From an uncultured Chitinophagales bacterium (GTDB lineage: Bacteria; Bacteroidota; Ignavibacteria; UBA10030; UBA6906), in the NCBI GenBank assembly GCA_964495695.1, contig CAZBWR010000011.1:1032-65031 (forward strand): DNA of 64,000 nucleotides, read 5' to 3'. Position numbers and translations under genes: made by a program. This document shows, piece by piece, positions 1 through 8,806 of the stretch. How positions within the stretch are numbered: the stretch's first letter is position 1; every line of letters starts with the position of its first letter. The notes under the pieces were generated by a model. That model saw only the letters and a program-made list of their open reading frames with translations. It searched no databases and was not told the DNA's origin.

Positions 1-768
1 GATCCGAGAGGTAATCTTGTTTGGGAGTTCGCTCGGATTGTCAAAGAAATCAAACCGAAGGCTTTCTTATTCGAAAATGTCGCCGGTCTTAAGACAATTC
101 ACAATGGCCAACTTTATCAGGAGTTGTTAGAAGACTTAAGTCTGAATGGTATGTACACGGTTTCTGATCATCTCTATCAGTTTGCAGAATATGGCATACC
201 TCAATTCAGACAGCGCATTTTCTTCATAGGGCATAAAGATGGTAAGCGTATTCCTCCAATGCTGCCAACACATGGAGACGATAGCCTCTTCTATGACCGA
301 CCGTTTGTGACCGTAGAAAAGGTTCTTGCGGACTTGCCAAAGCCAGGGGTCAACTCTGGACTAGCTAATCATGTCGGCCGAGAACATAGTGAAGCGATAA
401 TGACCAGATACAAGGACCTGCGGTTTGGTGAACGTGACTCTCGCACAAGGATCAATAAGCTAGATCCCAATAGGCCAAGTTTCACAATCGTTGTTGGATC
501 CGATGCCGGTGGAGGGAAGGGGCACGTCCACCCTTATGTTCCGCGAGAGGTTACACCTCGCGAATCTGCCCGCATTCAAACTTTCCCCGATTGGTGGGAA
601 TTTAGTGGAACGGGCCGCCATGTGATTCGGCAAGTCGGAAATGCTGTCCCCGTGCTTTTTGGGGCTATTTTCGGAGAATATCTCTTGAAATACCTATTTA
701 ATAAAAGGAAGAGACGATCATATGACGAGCTGGTCGGGATCATTGATCTGCATTTCTTGGCCAAATGA
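1..768 (+). CDS. DNA (cytosine-5)-methyltransferase, 5'-truncated by the window edge
   Basis: Frame is open from base 1 (DPRGNLVWEFARIVKEIKPKAFLFENVAGL). C5-MTase motifs VI (ENV), VIII (QFRQRIFFIG), IX (RESARIQTFPD) and X (QVGNAVP). AT-rich relative to the rest of the window. Confidence 0.93.
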   Translation, partial: DPRGNLVWEFARIVKEIKPKAFLFENVAGLKTIHNGQLYQELLEDLSLNGMYTVSDHLYQFAEYGIPQFRQRIFFIGHKDGKRIPPMLPTHGDDSLFYDRPFVTVEKVLADLPKPGVNSGLANHVGREHSEAIMTRYKDLRFGERDSRTRINKLDPNRPSFTIVVGSDAGGGKGHVHPYVPREVTPRESARIQTFPDWWEFSGTGRHVIRQVGNAVPVLFGAIFGEYLLKYLFNKRKRRSYDELVGIIDLHFLAK

Positions 769-2261
769 TCACGGATCTTTTTAGCCACAAAATTCACTCG
801 AGTGGTGCAGATTGGGAGGATAAGCTCATCGAGCTGGCATTCCTTTTTTCAGAATTCGACGGCCAAGTTTACAATAGAAAAAAAATTGAAGATAGGTTAA
901 CTCGGATTAGCCCTAGATCAGTTTATGTTGCAAGAGATCGTTCAAAGTTTCGAGATGAATATAGTGCATACCCCGCATATTTCGGGTTATATCACTTAAG
1001 GAAATCGGAGCATGGTTGGGTTGTCCAAATCAGTGAAACTACTAAGCGATGTTTGCTAAGAGAAGAACCTGACGTAGCGGCATTTCTTAGACTTCAGCTT
1101 TCTCTCTTTCAGTATCCGAATGGTATGGGGGCCGTATACAAGCCAGGAACTAACCACCTACGCTTGCAAGCAAACACCCGTAGACGAATGTTAGGCTTAA
1201 TCAAAAACAATATCCGTCTATCCCCTTTACGCCTTATAACGCGCGCTTTGATAGCGGATGCCTCACTCAGAGAAATGCCACTTTTTAAGGCAACAATTTC
1301 ATACAGTGAGATTTTCGCTTTAGCAAACACACAGAATATAAATTCCCTTGCGAGCCCACCCATTAATGACATCGCTAATAGTTTAACGAAGATCAGGCGA
1401 AATGAAATTAAGGGCCCCAGCCATTTCGAAAGCAGGTTCCACCTCTTGAAGCATCTCGACTTATTTAAAGTTGGCAAAAATGCCTTAGGTTTTCGCGATT
1501 ATGTTGATGAAGATGACAAGAAGGACATTGAGGCAAAGATTCTCGCGATTAAAGGCATATCAGCTTTTTTCGAAAAATTTGAAGGCGTGACTGATGGCTC
1601 CGAACTCGAAGAGCTAATCGGACATGGTTATTGGCCAGATTATTTCGATGGCGTAATGACCTTGCCTCCGGACGTGGTTTCTGTGCTCTTTTCTGATGCA
1701 GCAATTGGTGGATCAACGAAAAGGGAGCAAACTCAAATTCCCCCTCCACCACTACCGCTCCCGACTTTTCCGCTAAAGGAAAGAGAACCTCTGTTGCCAT
1801 TACCCAAGAGATCCGATAGAGTGGTCGATTCAGCGGATCCAGAGGTTACGCGCATAAAGCGCCAAAGAAGGAATCTAGCGCACAAAACGCTCTTAGATAC
1901 ACTAGATGATTTCCTGCGCACTAAGGGTGCTACACCATTGCAAAATCCTCATATAGACCTGTACGCCGCAATCCCCAATGATGGTTCATTCATATTCGAA
2001 GTAAAAAGTGGTGGCGAAAATCTACTCGATCAAATTCGTAAAGGTATTAGCCAACTTTATGAGTATCGTTTCAGGTACAGGGAGAACATTCCTAAAGAAG
2101 TGAAATTATGTCTCGTCCTTCCTGCTTCTCCGGATCAAATCCCTTGGCTGTCAGAATATTTGTGTGTTGATAGGGGGATTTGCATGTGCTGGTTCGACAA
2201 CGATGGGAGAATTAGAGTTCCTGTTCATTGTTCGGAGGATATGGCCCCGTTAGTGAATTAA
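765..2261 (+). CDS. Putative restriction endonuclease: large N-terminal domain, Pro-rich linker, C-terminal PD-(D/E)xK nuclease
   Basis: ATGA overlap with the MTase stop. C-terminal HIDL...FEVKS...ISQLYEY fits a PD-(D/E)xK/QxxxY nuclease core. Same low GC as the MTase. Confidence 0.7.
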   Translation: MITDLFSHKIHSSGADWEDKLIELAFLFSEFDGQVYNRKKIEDRLTRISPRSVYVARDRSKFRDEYSAYPAYFGLYHLRKSEHGWVVQISETTKRCLLREEPDVAAFLRLQLSLFQYPNGMGAVYKPGTNHLRLQANTRRRMLGLIKNNIRLSPLRLITRALIADASLREMPLFKATISYSEIFALANTQNINSLASPPINDIANSLTKIRRNEIKGPSHFESRFHLLKHLDLFKVGKNALGFRDYVDEDDKKDIEAKILAIKGISAFFEKFEGVTDGSELEELIGHGYWPDYFDGVMTLPPDVVSVLFSDAAIGGSTKREQTQIPPPPLPLPTFPLKEREPLLPLPKRSDRVVDSADPEVTRIKRQRRNLAHKTLLDTLDDFLRTKGATPLQNPHIDLYAAIPNDGSFIFEVKSGGENLLDQIRKGISQLYEYRFRYRENIPKEVKLCLVLPASPDQIPWLSEYLCVDRGICMCWFDNDGRIRVPVHCSEDMAPLVN

Positions 2262-2403
2262 GAGAGGTTGTGAATTCAATCTCGTCCCTAAGACCAGCTT
2301 TGCTCAATCACCTGCTTGCTTCTACCGCTCAGTCTCACTCACGAATCCGTTGCTTCTCGAGTACTTTAGTCCCCGCAGCCCCGCGATCTCTTACTTCAAC
2401 CCC

Positions 2404-2542
2404 GAATCGCCAAGGCTTTTTGCCGAGTATCGCCTCGGTTTCGTCGAGGTGGCCGGGTGTTGCGAGAAGTCCCTTCGTCTGGAAGGGCCGTACATGATGA
2501 CAAATACTTGATCATCCAGTCGGGTACCATGGCGCTTGCCGC
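2404..2542 (-). pseudogene. Frameshifted fragment homologous to the 3' end of the adjacent NmrA-family gene
   Basis: Manual alignment to 2855-2995 gives about 77% nt identity and two 1-nt deletions. Reframed it reads AASAMVPDWMIK..VIMY..FQTKGLLATPGHLDETEAILGKKP. Confidence 0.85.
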
Positions 2543-2815
2543 TGTGGCATAAGTATCATTCATGAATGCGCCGCCGAACATTTGCTCATTACCGCCATAA
2601 CAGTAATTTGTGCCTGCATCGGCAATTTCATCCCCCAAATCTTCACTCGTTACACACAATTATCGCTATAGCGGTAAATAGTTTGCGAATGAAATCCGCA
2701 TACAAACTGCTGGTGGCGGAACGGGCAGGCAGGCCGGGTCTTCATGCATGAATGCCCCAGCGTGTGATGAACACACCGGGCCCCGTTGAGTTGGAGTCCC
2801 CGGCATTGTTGCACA

Positions 2816-3676
2816 TCATTTCCACTGCGAGGTCACTTCGCGGGCAAAGTCTTCGAACTTGCGCGGCTTCTTCCCGGTAATGGCTTCCGTTTCGGCAAGG
2901 TGCTCCGGGGTTGCAAGAAGCCCCTTCGTCTGAAAATGCCGGTACATAATGACAAAATCCTTGACCATCCAGTCGGGCATCATGGCGCTTGCGGCTTTCG
3001 CCCATGCGTCGAGGTCGTCGCCGGCGTATACGATCTTCTTTCCGGAGAGCTGTGAATAGATGGCGGCTGTTTCATCCCCCGTCATTTTCTCCGGTCCCAC
3101 CAGATTATACGTCTTTCCTTCGTGCCCGTCGTTCATCAGTGCGTTGGCGGCCGCGGCGGCGATGTCCTGCACATCCACGCGGTGTATGCCGGTGTTGCCG
3201 ATGGGTTGCGCGTAGACTCCGTAGTCAAGCATCGGTTGTGTGAACCAGTAGTCGTTCTGGTAAAAGTTGTTCGGCCGGATGAGAGTAAACGGAATGCCCG
3301 AACTCCTGATGGCGTTTTCAATCACAACTTTGTCGGCGAAGTGGGGAGCATCGGGAATGTCCTCAACGCGATGGACGCTCATGTAGACGATCCGCTTTAC
3401 GCCGGCCTTCTTTGCCGCTTCGACGGCGTTCAGTCCTTCCTGTTTCTCCGTCGGGCTGAGCGGTGTTACGAGAAACACCCGGTCGATACCGGCAAATGCC
3501 GCGGTCAGCGAAGCGGGGTCCTTCAGGTTTCCTACTGCGCCCTCTGTTCCGCCGGGCAATGAAGAGAGTTTTTCTTTTGAGCTGGTCATAACACGCACGC
3601 GGGCTTTGCGGGCGATGAGCTGTTGGACAGTCTGGCCGCCGGTGTTGCCGGTGCCTCCGATAACAAGGATGTTCAT
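2816..3676 (-). CDS. NmrA-like / atypical SDR NAD(P)-binding oxidoreductase
   Basis: MNILVIGGTGNTGG Rossmann motif, LRPNNFYQN, VDVQDIA, TYNLVGPE. GGAG RBS before ATG 3676. Confidence 0.9.
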   Translation of the reverse strand: MNILVIGGTGNTGGQTVQQLIARKARVRVMTSSKEKLSSLPGGTEGAVGNLKDPASLTAAFAGIDRVFLVTPLSPTEKQEGLNAVEAAKKAGVKRIVYMSVHRVEDIPDAPHFADKVVIENAIRSSGIPFTLIRPNNFYQNDYWFTQPMLDYGVYAQPIGNTGIHRVDVQDIAAAAANALMNDGHEGKTYNLVGPEKMTGDETAAIYSQLSGKKIVYAGDDLDAWAKAASAMMPDWMVKDFVIMYRHFQTKGLLATPEHLAETEAITGKKPRKFEDFAREVTSQWK

Positions 3677-3887
3677 GGCTGGTCTCCGATGATGAGAGGG
3701 GGTTGATGTGCGCTGTGCGGGGTGTCCGCCGGCTGCATTGAGAACGAGGATGAGGGGAGATCGGTTCCTGTCATGGTTGAATAAAATCTCAGGGTTTGCT
3801 AAGTTCTTTGCGCGGGTCACGCTCCAACGGTTTTTTTGATCTGCCCGCCGCTCAAGTCCTTTCCATCACTAACTTCCGGAGGCCCGG

Positions 3888-4865
3888 ATGAAGACCGTTC
3901 TGAAGATTGTGGGGGCGATCGTAGGGTTGGTAATTCTCGCCGCAGTGGCGTTTCTCACCTACTTCAACATCAAATATCCCGATGTGGAACTCGCTCCCGA
4001 TATCACCATCGAAAGAACCCCTGAGCGGCTTGCCCGCGGTGCGTATCTGGCGAACAATGTTTCGGTGTGCATCGATTGCCACTCGACGCGCGACTGGACG
4101 AAATACTCCGGTCCGGTTGTTCCCGGCACGGAAGGGAAAGGGGGCGAAGAATTCCCGGAAGGCATCGGCACGCTCGTGGCATCGAACATCACTCCCGCCG
4201 CAATCGGGCAGTACACGGACGGCGAGTTGCTGCGGATGATCACGTGCGGAGTAACGCGTGACAACAAGGCGGTGTTTCCGTTGATGCCCTACCCGATGTA
4301 CAACAAGCTGACGCAGGAAGATGCGTACTCGATCGTTGCCTACATCAAATCGTTGAAGCCGATCGAGAACAGAGTAGAGGAGTCGACATTGAACTTCCCG
4401 CTTAACATGATTGTGAAGACCATTCCGCTGAAATCGTACACGCCCTCCCCCGAACCGGACAGGACCAACAGCGTGGAATACGGCAAATACCTGACGACGA
4501 TCTCCGCGTGCGAGGGGTGTCACACGCCGCGTGATGATAGAGGGGTTGACATTCCGGGGATGACACTGGCAGGGGGCAACGGATTCCCGTTTCCCGGCGG
4601 AACCGTGCGCGCATTGAACATCACGCCGGACGAGGAAACGGGCATCGGCAAGTGGACGAAAGCGGATTTTATCGCGAGGTTCCGGTCATTCATGGCTCCT
4701 GAGGTAATGGAAGCAACACTTGCCCCGACAGATTTCAACACGCCTATGCCATGGATGATGTACGGCGGCATGACGGACGAAGACCTCGGAGCGATCTACG
4801 ATTATCTCCGGACCGTGATGGCCGTGAGCAACCGGGTGGAGAAATTCACGCCGCACAAGAAGTGA
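3888..4865 (+). CDS. Membrane-anchored diheme c-type cytochrome
   Basis: N-terminal TM helix. Two CxxCH motifs (CIDCH, CEGCH), each followed by NITP and MP motifs. GGAGG RBS. Confidence 0.9.
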   Translation: MKTVLKIVGAIVGLVILAAVAFLTYFNIKYPDVELAPDITIERTPERLARGAYLANNVSVCIDCHSTRDWTKYSGPVVPGTEGKGGEEFPEGIGTLVASNITPAAIGQYTDGELLRMITCGVTRDNKAVFPLMPYPMYNKLTQEDAYSIVAYIKSLKPIENRVEESTLNFPLNMIVKTIPLKSYTPSPEPDRTNSVEYGKYLTTISACEGCHTPRDDRGVDIPGMTLAGGNGFPFPGGTVRALNITPDEETGIGKWTKADFIARFRSFMAPEVMEATLAPTDFNTPMPWMMYGGMTDEDLGAIYDYLRTVMAVSNRVEKFTPHKK

Positions 4866-4872
4866 CCATAAC

Positions 4873-4904
4873 AAAAAGGGGGAACCGTGGTTCCCCCTTT
4901 TTTT
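4873..4904. terminator. Bidirectional intrinsic terminator
   Basis: AAAAAGGGGGAACC-GT-GGTTCCCCCTTTTTTT between convergent genes. Confidence 0.9.
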
Positions 4905-4911
4905 CAAGCTC

Positions 4912-6459
4912 TTATCTGGTCCGGTAGAATTCGATTCTCCGGTTCCGTTGCCGTCCCTCCTCCGTCCTGTTGGTGTCAATCGGATAATCCTGCCCGAAGC
5001 CGACAGCCTTGATGCGAAACTCTTCGATGCCTTTGTTGACGAGCCAGCGTTTGACGGATTCCGCGCGTTGCAGGGAGAGCCGGTTATTGAAGGCGCGTGT
5101 TCCTGTATTGTCCGTATGCCCGTGAATCTCGACCGTCATTTCGGGGTGTTGGGAAAGCGTGTTCAATGCAAGTGTCAGTATCTGTTCGGATTCAGGAGAG
5201 ATCACGGCGCTGGCTGTGCGAAATACGATTCCTTCAAGTACAATCGCCTTGCCTATCTCTGCTTTCAGTTCGGGCTTGCGCGGTATGTCGTCCGACGGGT
5301 CAAGAGGATTCGTGCCGCGGCGGACTTCAATGCCGTCATCGATGCCTCCTCTGTCGGTGTCGCGGTTTCTCGGGTCTGTGCGTGTGACGTTCAGTTCTTC
5401 AGAGTCCGTAAGTCCGTCATCGTCGGTATCGGCTTTGAGGGGATTGGTACCGTACTTTCTGACCTCGTCCGTGTCAGTCAGCCCGTCCCCGTCTGTGTCG
5501 ATCTTGAGTGGATCGGTGAAATACACATGCACCTCATCGCCATCGGAGAGTCCGTCACCGTCCGTATCCGGTTTGTTCGGGAAAGTCGAGTAACGGCGTA
5601 CTTCTTCTCCGTCCCGCAAGCCATCCCCATCTGTGTCGAATCGTAAGGGGTCGGTATTGTAACGCCAGATCTCTTCGCCATCTTTCAGTCCGTCGCCATC
5701 CGTGTCGGGGTTGTTTGGGTTTGTGCCGTAGCGGCGCTCATCGCTGTTGGAGAGCCCGTCTCCATCATCGTCGTCATCATCACGGCTTCCGAGGTAGAAA
5801 ATGAATCCTGCTCTCACGGATGGATACCAGTCGACAAGTCCGGGTGTTGCGCTTTCGAGTGTGTTCTTTTTGTGTCCTTTCCAATCGTCGGTGTAATCAT
5901 CGAGAATGCGTCCGCTGAAGTCGATCGTGAACGATACCCGCCGTGATGTGGGTAGCTCGAACCCGAAGCCGACAGGAATATGCATAGATGTGTTTGTTTT
6001 CCTGACGCCGTCCGGCAGGTACCGGTCGAACAAATCCTGTCGTGTATATGCCATTCCACCGATGCCGATAAACGCGTACGGCCGGATCTCCATAGTCGGC
6101 GGGAAGTGGTACCAGAGCACCAGATCCGCGCTGAGCGCTTTCAGTCCGATATATTCGTTCTCGACGACGGTATTCAACTGTGGAGGATCGAAGGGATACT
6201 GGATGGAAATGAGTCTGTCGTATCCCATCATCAGACCGAGAGAGAGCCTCGGCGCAAAGCCGTACCGGATGAACAGGTCGCCCCCGGGGGAAGCCCTCCG
6301 TGTGTTGAGATCATTGATCCACAAGTTGACGCCTCCGTGAAAGCCGATTGCCCATCGGTTCTCGGTCGAAAATTGAGGGGGTCGTGGTATGCTGAACTGA
6401 GCAAAGCCCGCTGTAACCGTGACGGTGAACGTGGCCGCAAGCAAGAACGTGCGTAGCAT
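4912..6459 (-). CDS. OmpA-family outer membrane protein: N-terminal beta-barrel, Ca-binding DxDxDG repeats, C-terminal OmpA-like peptidoglycan-binding domain
   Basis: Signal peptide, alternating aromatic beta-strands, GHTDNTG..N..LS..RA..V and NRRIEF motifs. Confidence 0.92.
   Translation of the reverse strand: MLRTFLLAATFTVTVTAGFAQFSIPRPPQFSTENRWAIGFHGGVNLWINDLNTRRASPGGDLFIRYGFAPRLSLGLMMGYDRLISIQYPFDPPQLNTVVENEYIGLKALSADLVLWYHFPPTMEIRPYAFIGIGGMAYTRQDLFDRYLPDGVRKTNTSMHIPVGFGFELPTSRRVSFTIDFSGRILDDYTDDWKGHKKNTLESATPGLVDWYPSVRAGFIFYLGSRDDDDDDGDGLSNSDERRYGTNPNNPDTDGDGLKDGEEIWRYNTDPLRFDTDGDGLRDGEEVRRYSTFPNKPDTDGDGLSDGDEVHVYFTDPLKIDTDGDGLTDTDEVRKYGTNPLKADTDDDGLTDSEELNVTRTDPRNRDTDRGGIDDGIEVRRGTNPLDPSDDIPRKPELKAEIGKAIVLEGIVFRTASAVISPESEQILTLALNTLSQHPEMTVEIHGHTDNTGTRAFNNRLSLQRAESVKRWLVNKGIEEFRIKAVGFGQDYPIDTNRTEEGRQRNRRIEFYRTR
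5287..5781 (-). repeat. Seven tandem 22-23 aa DTDGDGLxDxxE...T(D/N)P repeats within the OmpA gene
   Basis: Directly visible in the translation. Thrombospondin type-3-like Ca-binding pattern. Confidence 0.9.
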
Positions 6460-6797
6460 GATGTGTCCCTTGAATGGGTTGAGAGCCCGACACTAATCGC
6501 AATGTTGCCGTGACCGGGCCGGGAATTCTGTATGTGAATAGAATGCGTCGTTTCCGGAGGAAGCGAGATGATCAGCCGGTGTGCGCTTGCGGGGGAAGTG
6601 CAGGAAAGCGTGATAACATCGAAGTGATGCCCGACTGCGTGATCCTACGGAAGGCACAGAGGAATGTGCCCGGGAATATGATACGAAGTTGCAGCATCGC
6701 GAATCGTGAAGCCGCGCAAGACAAAAGATAGTCTCACGGGTTACAGGTGGCTGCGCTTGCCTATCAGGCGAAGATTGTTTTCATTCGTGTGAGATGC

Positions 6798-6989
6798 TCA
6801 CCTGCCGCCGAGGACTCGCGAGGGAAGCAAGAACAGGGCCTTGATGAACCGGAACAGCGCATCGACTGTGATGCCAACGAGGCGGAACGGCAACATGAGA
6901 AGCCAGACGATTGGATAGAGAATAAGGGCAAGCAGGGCGAGCGGCCAGCAAAGGATTGCTAGAATCAGCCAGAGAATGAATGTCAACAT
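6798..6989 (-). CDS. Small hydrophobic membrane protein (63 aa)
   Basis: GGAGG RBS. Almost entirely hydrophobic: MLTFILWLILAILCWPLALLALILYPIVWLL. Confidence 0.75.
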   Translation of the reverse strand: MLTFILWLILAILCWPLALLALILYPIVWLLMLPFRLVGITVDALFRFIKALFLLPSRVLGGR

Positions 6990-7075
6990 GGGTAACCTCC
7001 AAAGTTCTGATGAAGCATACGTACATTTTGCGACAGTGTTTCTTCTCTGCCGGTATCATCCATTAATCACCCTGT

Positions 7076-8326
7076 TTGTCCGCTGAAGTGTCACTCACAC
7101 TCTACATATTCGAAGATCCCGCCTACGTCAAGCTCTATCCGCTGGCGTATACACGACCCGTTTATGACATGCGCTGCGGGATGCTCACGCTGCGTGAGAA
7201 GATTGTGCGTGCCTACCCGCGTGCCCGGACAGTGCTTCTCTGTCGTCCATATTTGGCGGATGTCATGAGGGAGCAGAACCCGAAGCTCCCCGTCAATGAA
7301 TTCGCCGGAGGAGACAGTCTCTTTATTAACGGAAGAGTCCTGGTTGATGCCGCATTCCGGAAGGCTGTGCCGCCGACCGGGAGGGATACCATCTATCTGT
7401 CGGGCGGTATAATCGTCGCGGTGCGGATGCACGCAACGGAGGATCATTCTGGCCGTTTTGTGGACGGGTTTGATGTCGAACAGTTCGAGCATTGCGCAAA
7501 AGAGGAGATCCAGGCGCGGCTTGTTTCGTACCCGTGGGATCTCGTCCATCTGAACGGAGAAGAGTTACTGAAAGACAATGCAGCTCTTCCAGGAAAGAAA
7601 CCGCCGCTCTCTCCCGCTAAGTACGCCGGCGTTCATTTTGTCAATAAGAAAGCGATCCGGCTCGGCAGAGATGTTGTCATCAAGCCGGGAGTTGTCCTCG
7701 ATGCAGAGAACGGTCCGATCGTCATTGACAAAGGAACGAAAGTGCTTGCCAATGCAGTGATCGAGGGACCTGTGTATATCGGTGCCGGCTCGACCATCAA
7801 AGCGGGAGCGAAGATTTATGGCAACACTTCAATAGGACCTGTCTGCAAGGTCGGGGGCGAAGTGGAAGGAAGCATCATCCATTCATACTCAAACAAACAG
7901 CATGACGGCTTTCTCGGGCACTCGTATGTTGGTATGTGGTGCAACCTTGGTGCCGACACGAATACGAGTGATCTGAAAAACAACTACAGCACAGTGCAGG
8001 CCTACTGCAACGGAACAATGATAGACACCGGACAGCAATTCCTCGGCTTGACGATGGGGGATCACTCGAAGAGCAGCATCAACACGATGTTCAACACCGG
8101 CACTGTTGTGGGTGTGTCGTCGAATGTGTTCGGAGAAGGGTTCCCGCCAAAACACGTGCCATCATTTTCGTGGGGTGGAAGTGGTGGTTTGACGAGCTAC
8201 GTGCCTGAGAAGGCGATTGAAGTGGCCCGGCTAGTTATGGCAAGGAGGTCTGTGAGAATGACAGCTGCTGATGCAGAATTAATGCTGAGGATCTTTGAGC
8301 TCACGCGGGAAGAGCGTGGAGCTTAG
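7076..8326 (+). CDS. Alternative GlmU-type sugar nucleotidyltransferase/acetyltransferase (Bacteroidota/Chlorobi type)
   Basis: LYPLAYTRPVYDMRCGMLTLREK N-terminus, hexapeptide repeats, NKQHDGFLGHSYVGMWCNLGADT. Start uncertain (TTG 7076 or GTG 7088). Confidence 0.85.
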   Translation: MSAEVSLTLYIFEDPAYVKLYPLAYTRPVYDMRCGMLTLREKIVRAYPRARTVLLCRPYLADVMREQNPKLPVNEFAGGDSLFINGRVLVDAAFRKAVPPTGRDTIYLSGGIIVAVRMHATEDHSGRFVDGFDVEQFEHCAKEEIQARLVSYPWDLVHLNGEELLKDNAALPGKKPPLSPAKYAGVHFVNKKAIRLGRDVVIKPGVVLDAENGPIVIDKGTKVLANAVIEGPVYIGAGSTIKAGAKIYGNTSIGPVCKVGGEVEGSIIHSYSNKQHDGFLGHSYVGMWCNLGADTNTSDLKNNYSTVQAYCNGTMIDTGQQFLGLTMGDHSKSSINTMFNTGTVVGVSSNVFGEGFPPKHVPSFSWGGSGGLTSYVPEKAIEVARLVMARRSVRMTAADAELMLRIFELTREERGA

Positions 8327-8344
8327 TCACCGAGAGTGTCCACA

Positions 8345-8374
8345 AAAGAAAACGCCTCCCATCGGGAGGCGTTT
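8345..8374 (-). terminator. Intrinsic terminator, U-tract on the minus strand (ends the Zn-ribbon gene)
   Basis: AAACGCCTCCC-ATC-GGGAGGCGTTT with an A-rich left flank. Confidence 0.85.
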
Positions 8375-8400
8375 GGAACAAGATAATCTCTCGTCAGAGA

Positions 8401-8589
8401 TTAACTATCTGTCTTGAGATAGAAGGGGAGCTGCTGACGCATACGCTCGCGCTTTGCGCGGTATGCCATTTCCTTTTTCTTGCAGCTCGGACAACGATAT
8501 GCGCCGACCTGGCCACGAAATTCGTTTCCGCAATCCCGACAGATAGTGGAACCGCGTTTCTTCATTCTTGCATCACCTTTGTAATTCAT
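8401..8589 (-). CDS. Small basic Zn-ribbon protein (CxxC-x12-CxxC)
   Basis: CRDC...CPSC, GAGGAG RBS, dedicated terminator. Confidence 0.7.
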   Translation of the reverse strand: MNYKGDARMKKRGSTICRDCGNEFRGQVGAYRCPSCKKKEMAYRAKRERMRQQLPFYLKTDS

Positions 8590-8650
8590 AGTGTCCCTTT
8601 CTCCTCAGACAATATAACTCTTTTTGCCAAAAAATGATTCATATTTTATT

Positions 8651-8672
8651 CGATTCCCAAGTTTGGGAATCG
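8651..8672. promoter_or_regulatory. Perfect 10-bp inverted repeat, candidate operator
   Basis: CGATTCCCAA-GT-TTGGGAATCG in an AT-rich divergent intergenic region. Confidence 0.5.
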
Positions 8673-8806
8673 CCAAAATGTCCGATTTTGAGCCATTTTT
8701 GATTAAAATTTTTTTAGTTGTCGCATTTTCCCATATTTGACATTTGAATCGGTAAAAATTACCGCAACGTTCCAGACTGTTTGACATACACGAAAGCACC
8801 TATCCA

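Larger units (their letters stand above)
1..2261. mobile_element. Right part of an AT-rich, probably horizontally acquired restriction-modification island
   Basis: Sampled 60-nt lines are about 30-43% GC versus about 65% in a sampled line of the cytochrome gene. MTase+nuclease pair. No integrase inside the window. Confidence 0.55.

Noticed and set aside
2776-2812. Similar peptides DSNSTGP / ESNSTGP in ORFs 2742-3005 and 4686-4979
   Set aside because: Both are non-coding frames, nucleotide similarity is weak, and the real reading frames are unrelated; coincidence.
5287-5781. Periodic repeats as a possible CRISPR array or VNTR
   Set aside because: Repeats are degenerate at DNA level and conserved at protein level within the OmpA frame; no cas genes.
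6460-6797. Long leader upstream of the OmpA gene as a riboswitch or sRNA
   Set aside because: No recognisable riboswitch consensus or strong stem-loop pattern by eye; needs an Rfam search.
8719-8739. TGTCGC-N9-TATTTG upstream of cdd as a second WYL-type promoter
   Set aside because: Spacing is 9 rather than 10, the hexamer lacks the final T, and there is no upstream TGACA half-site.
8590-8806. AT-rich intergenic region as a possible oriC
   Set aside because: No cluster of DnaA boxes (TTATCCACA-like) seen here or at 15773-15964 and 24316-24546; only scattered one-mismatch hits inside genes.
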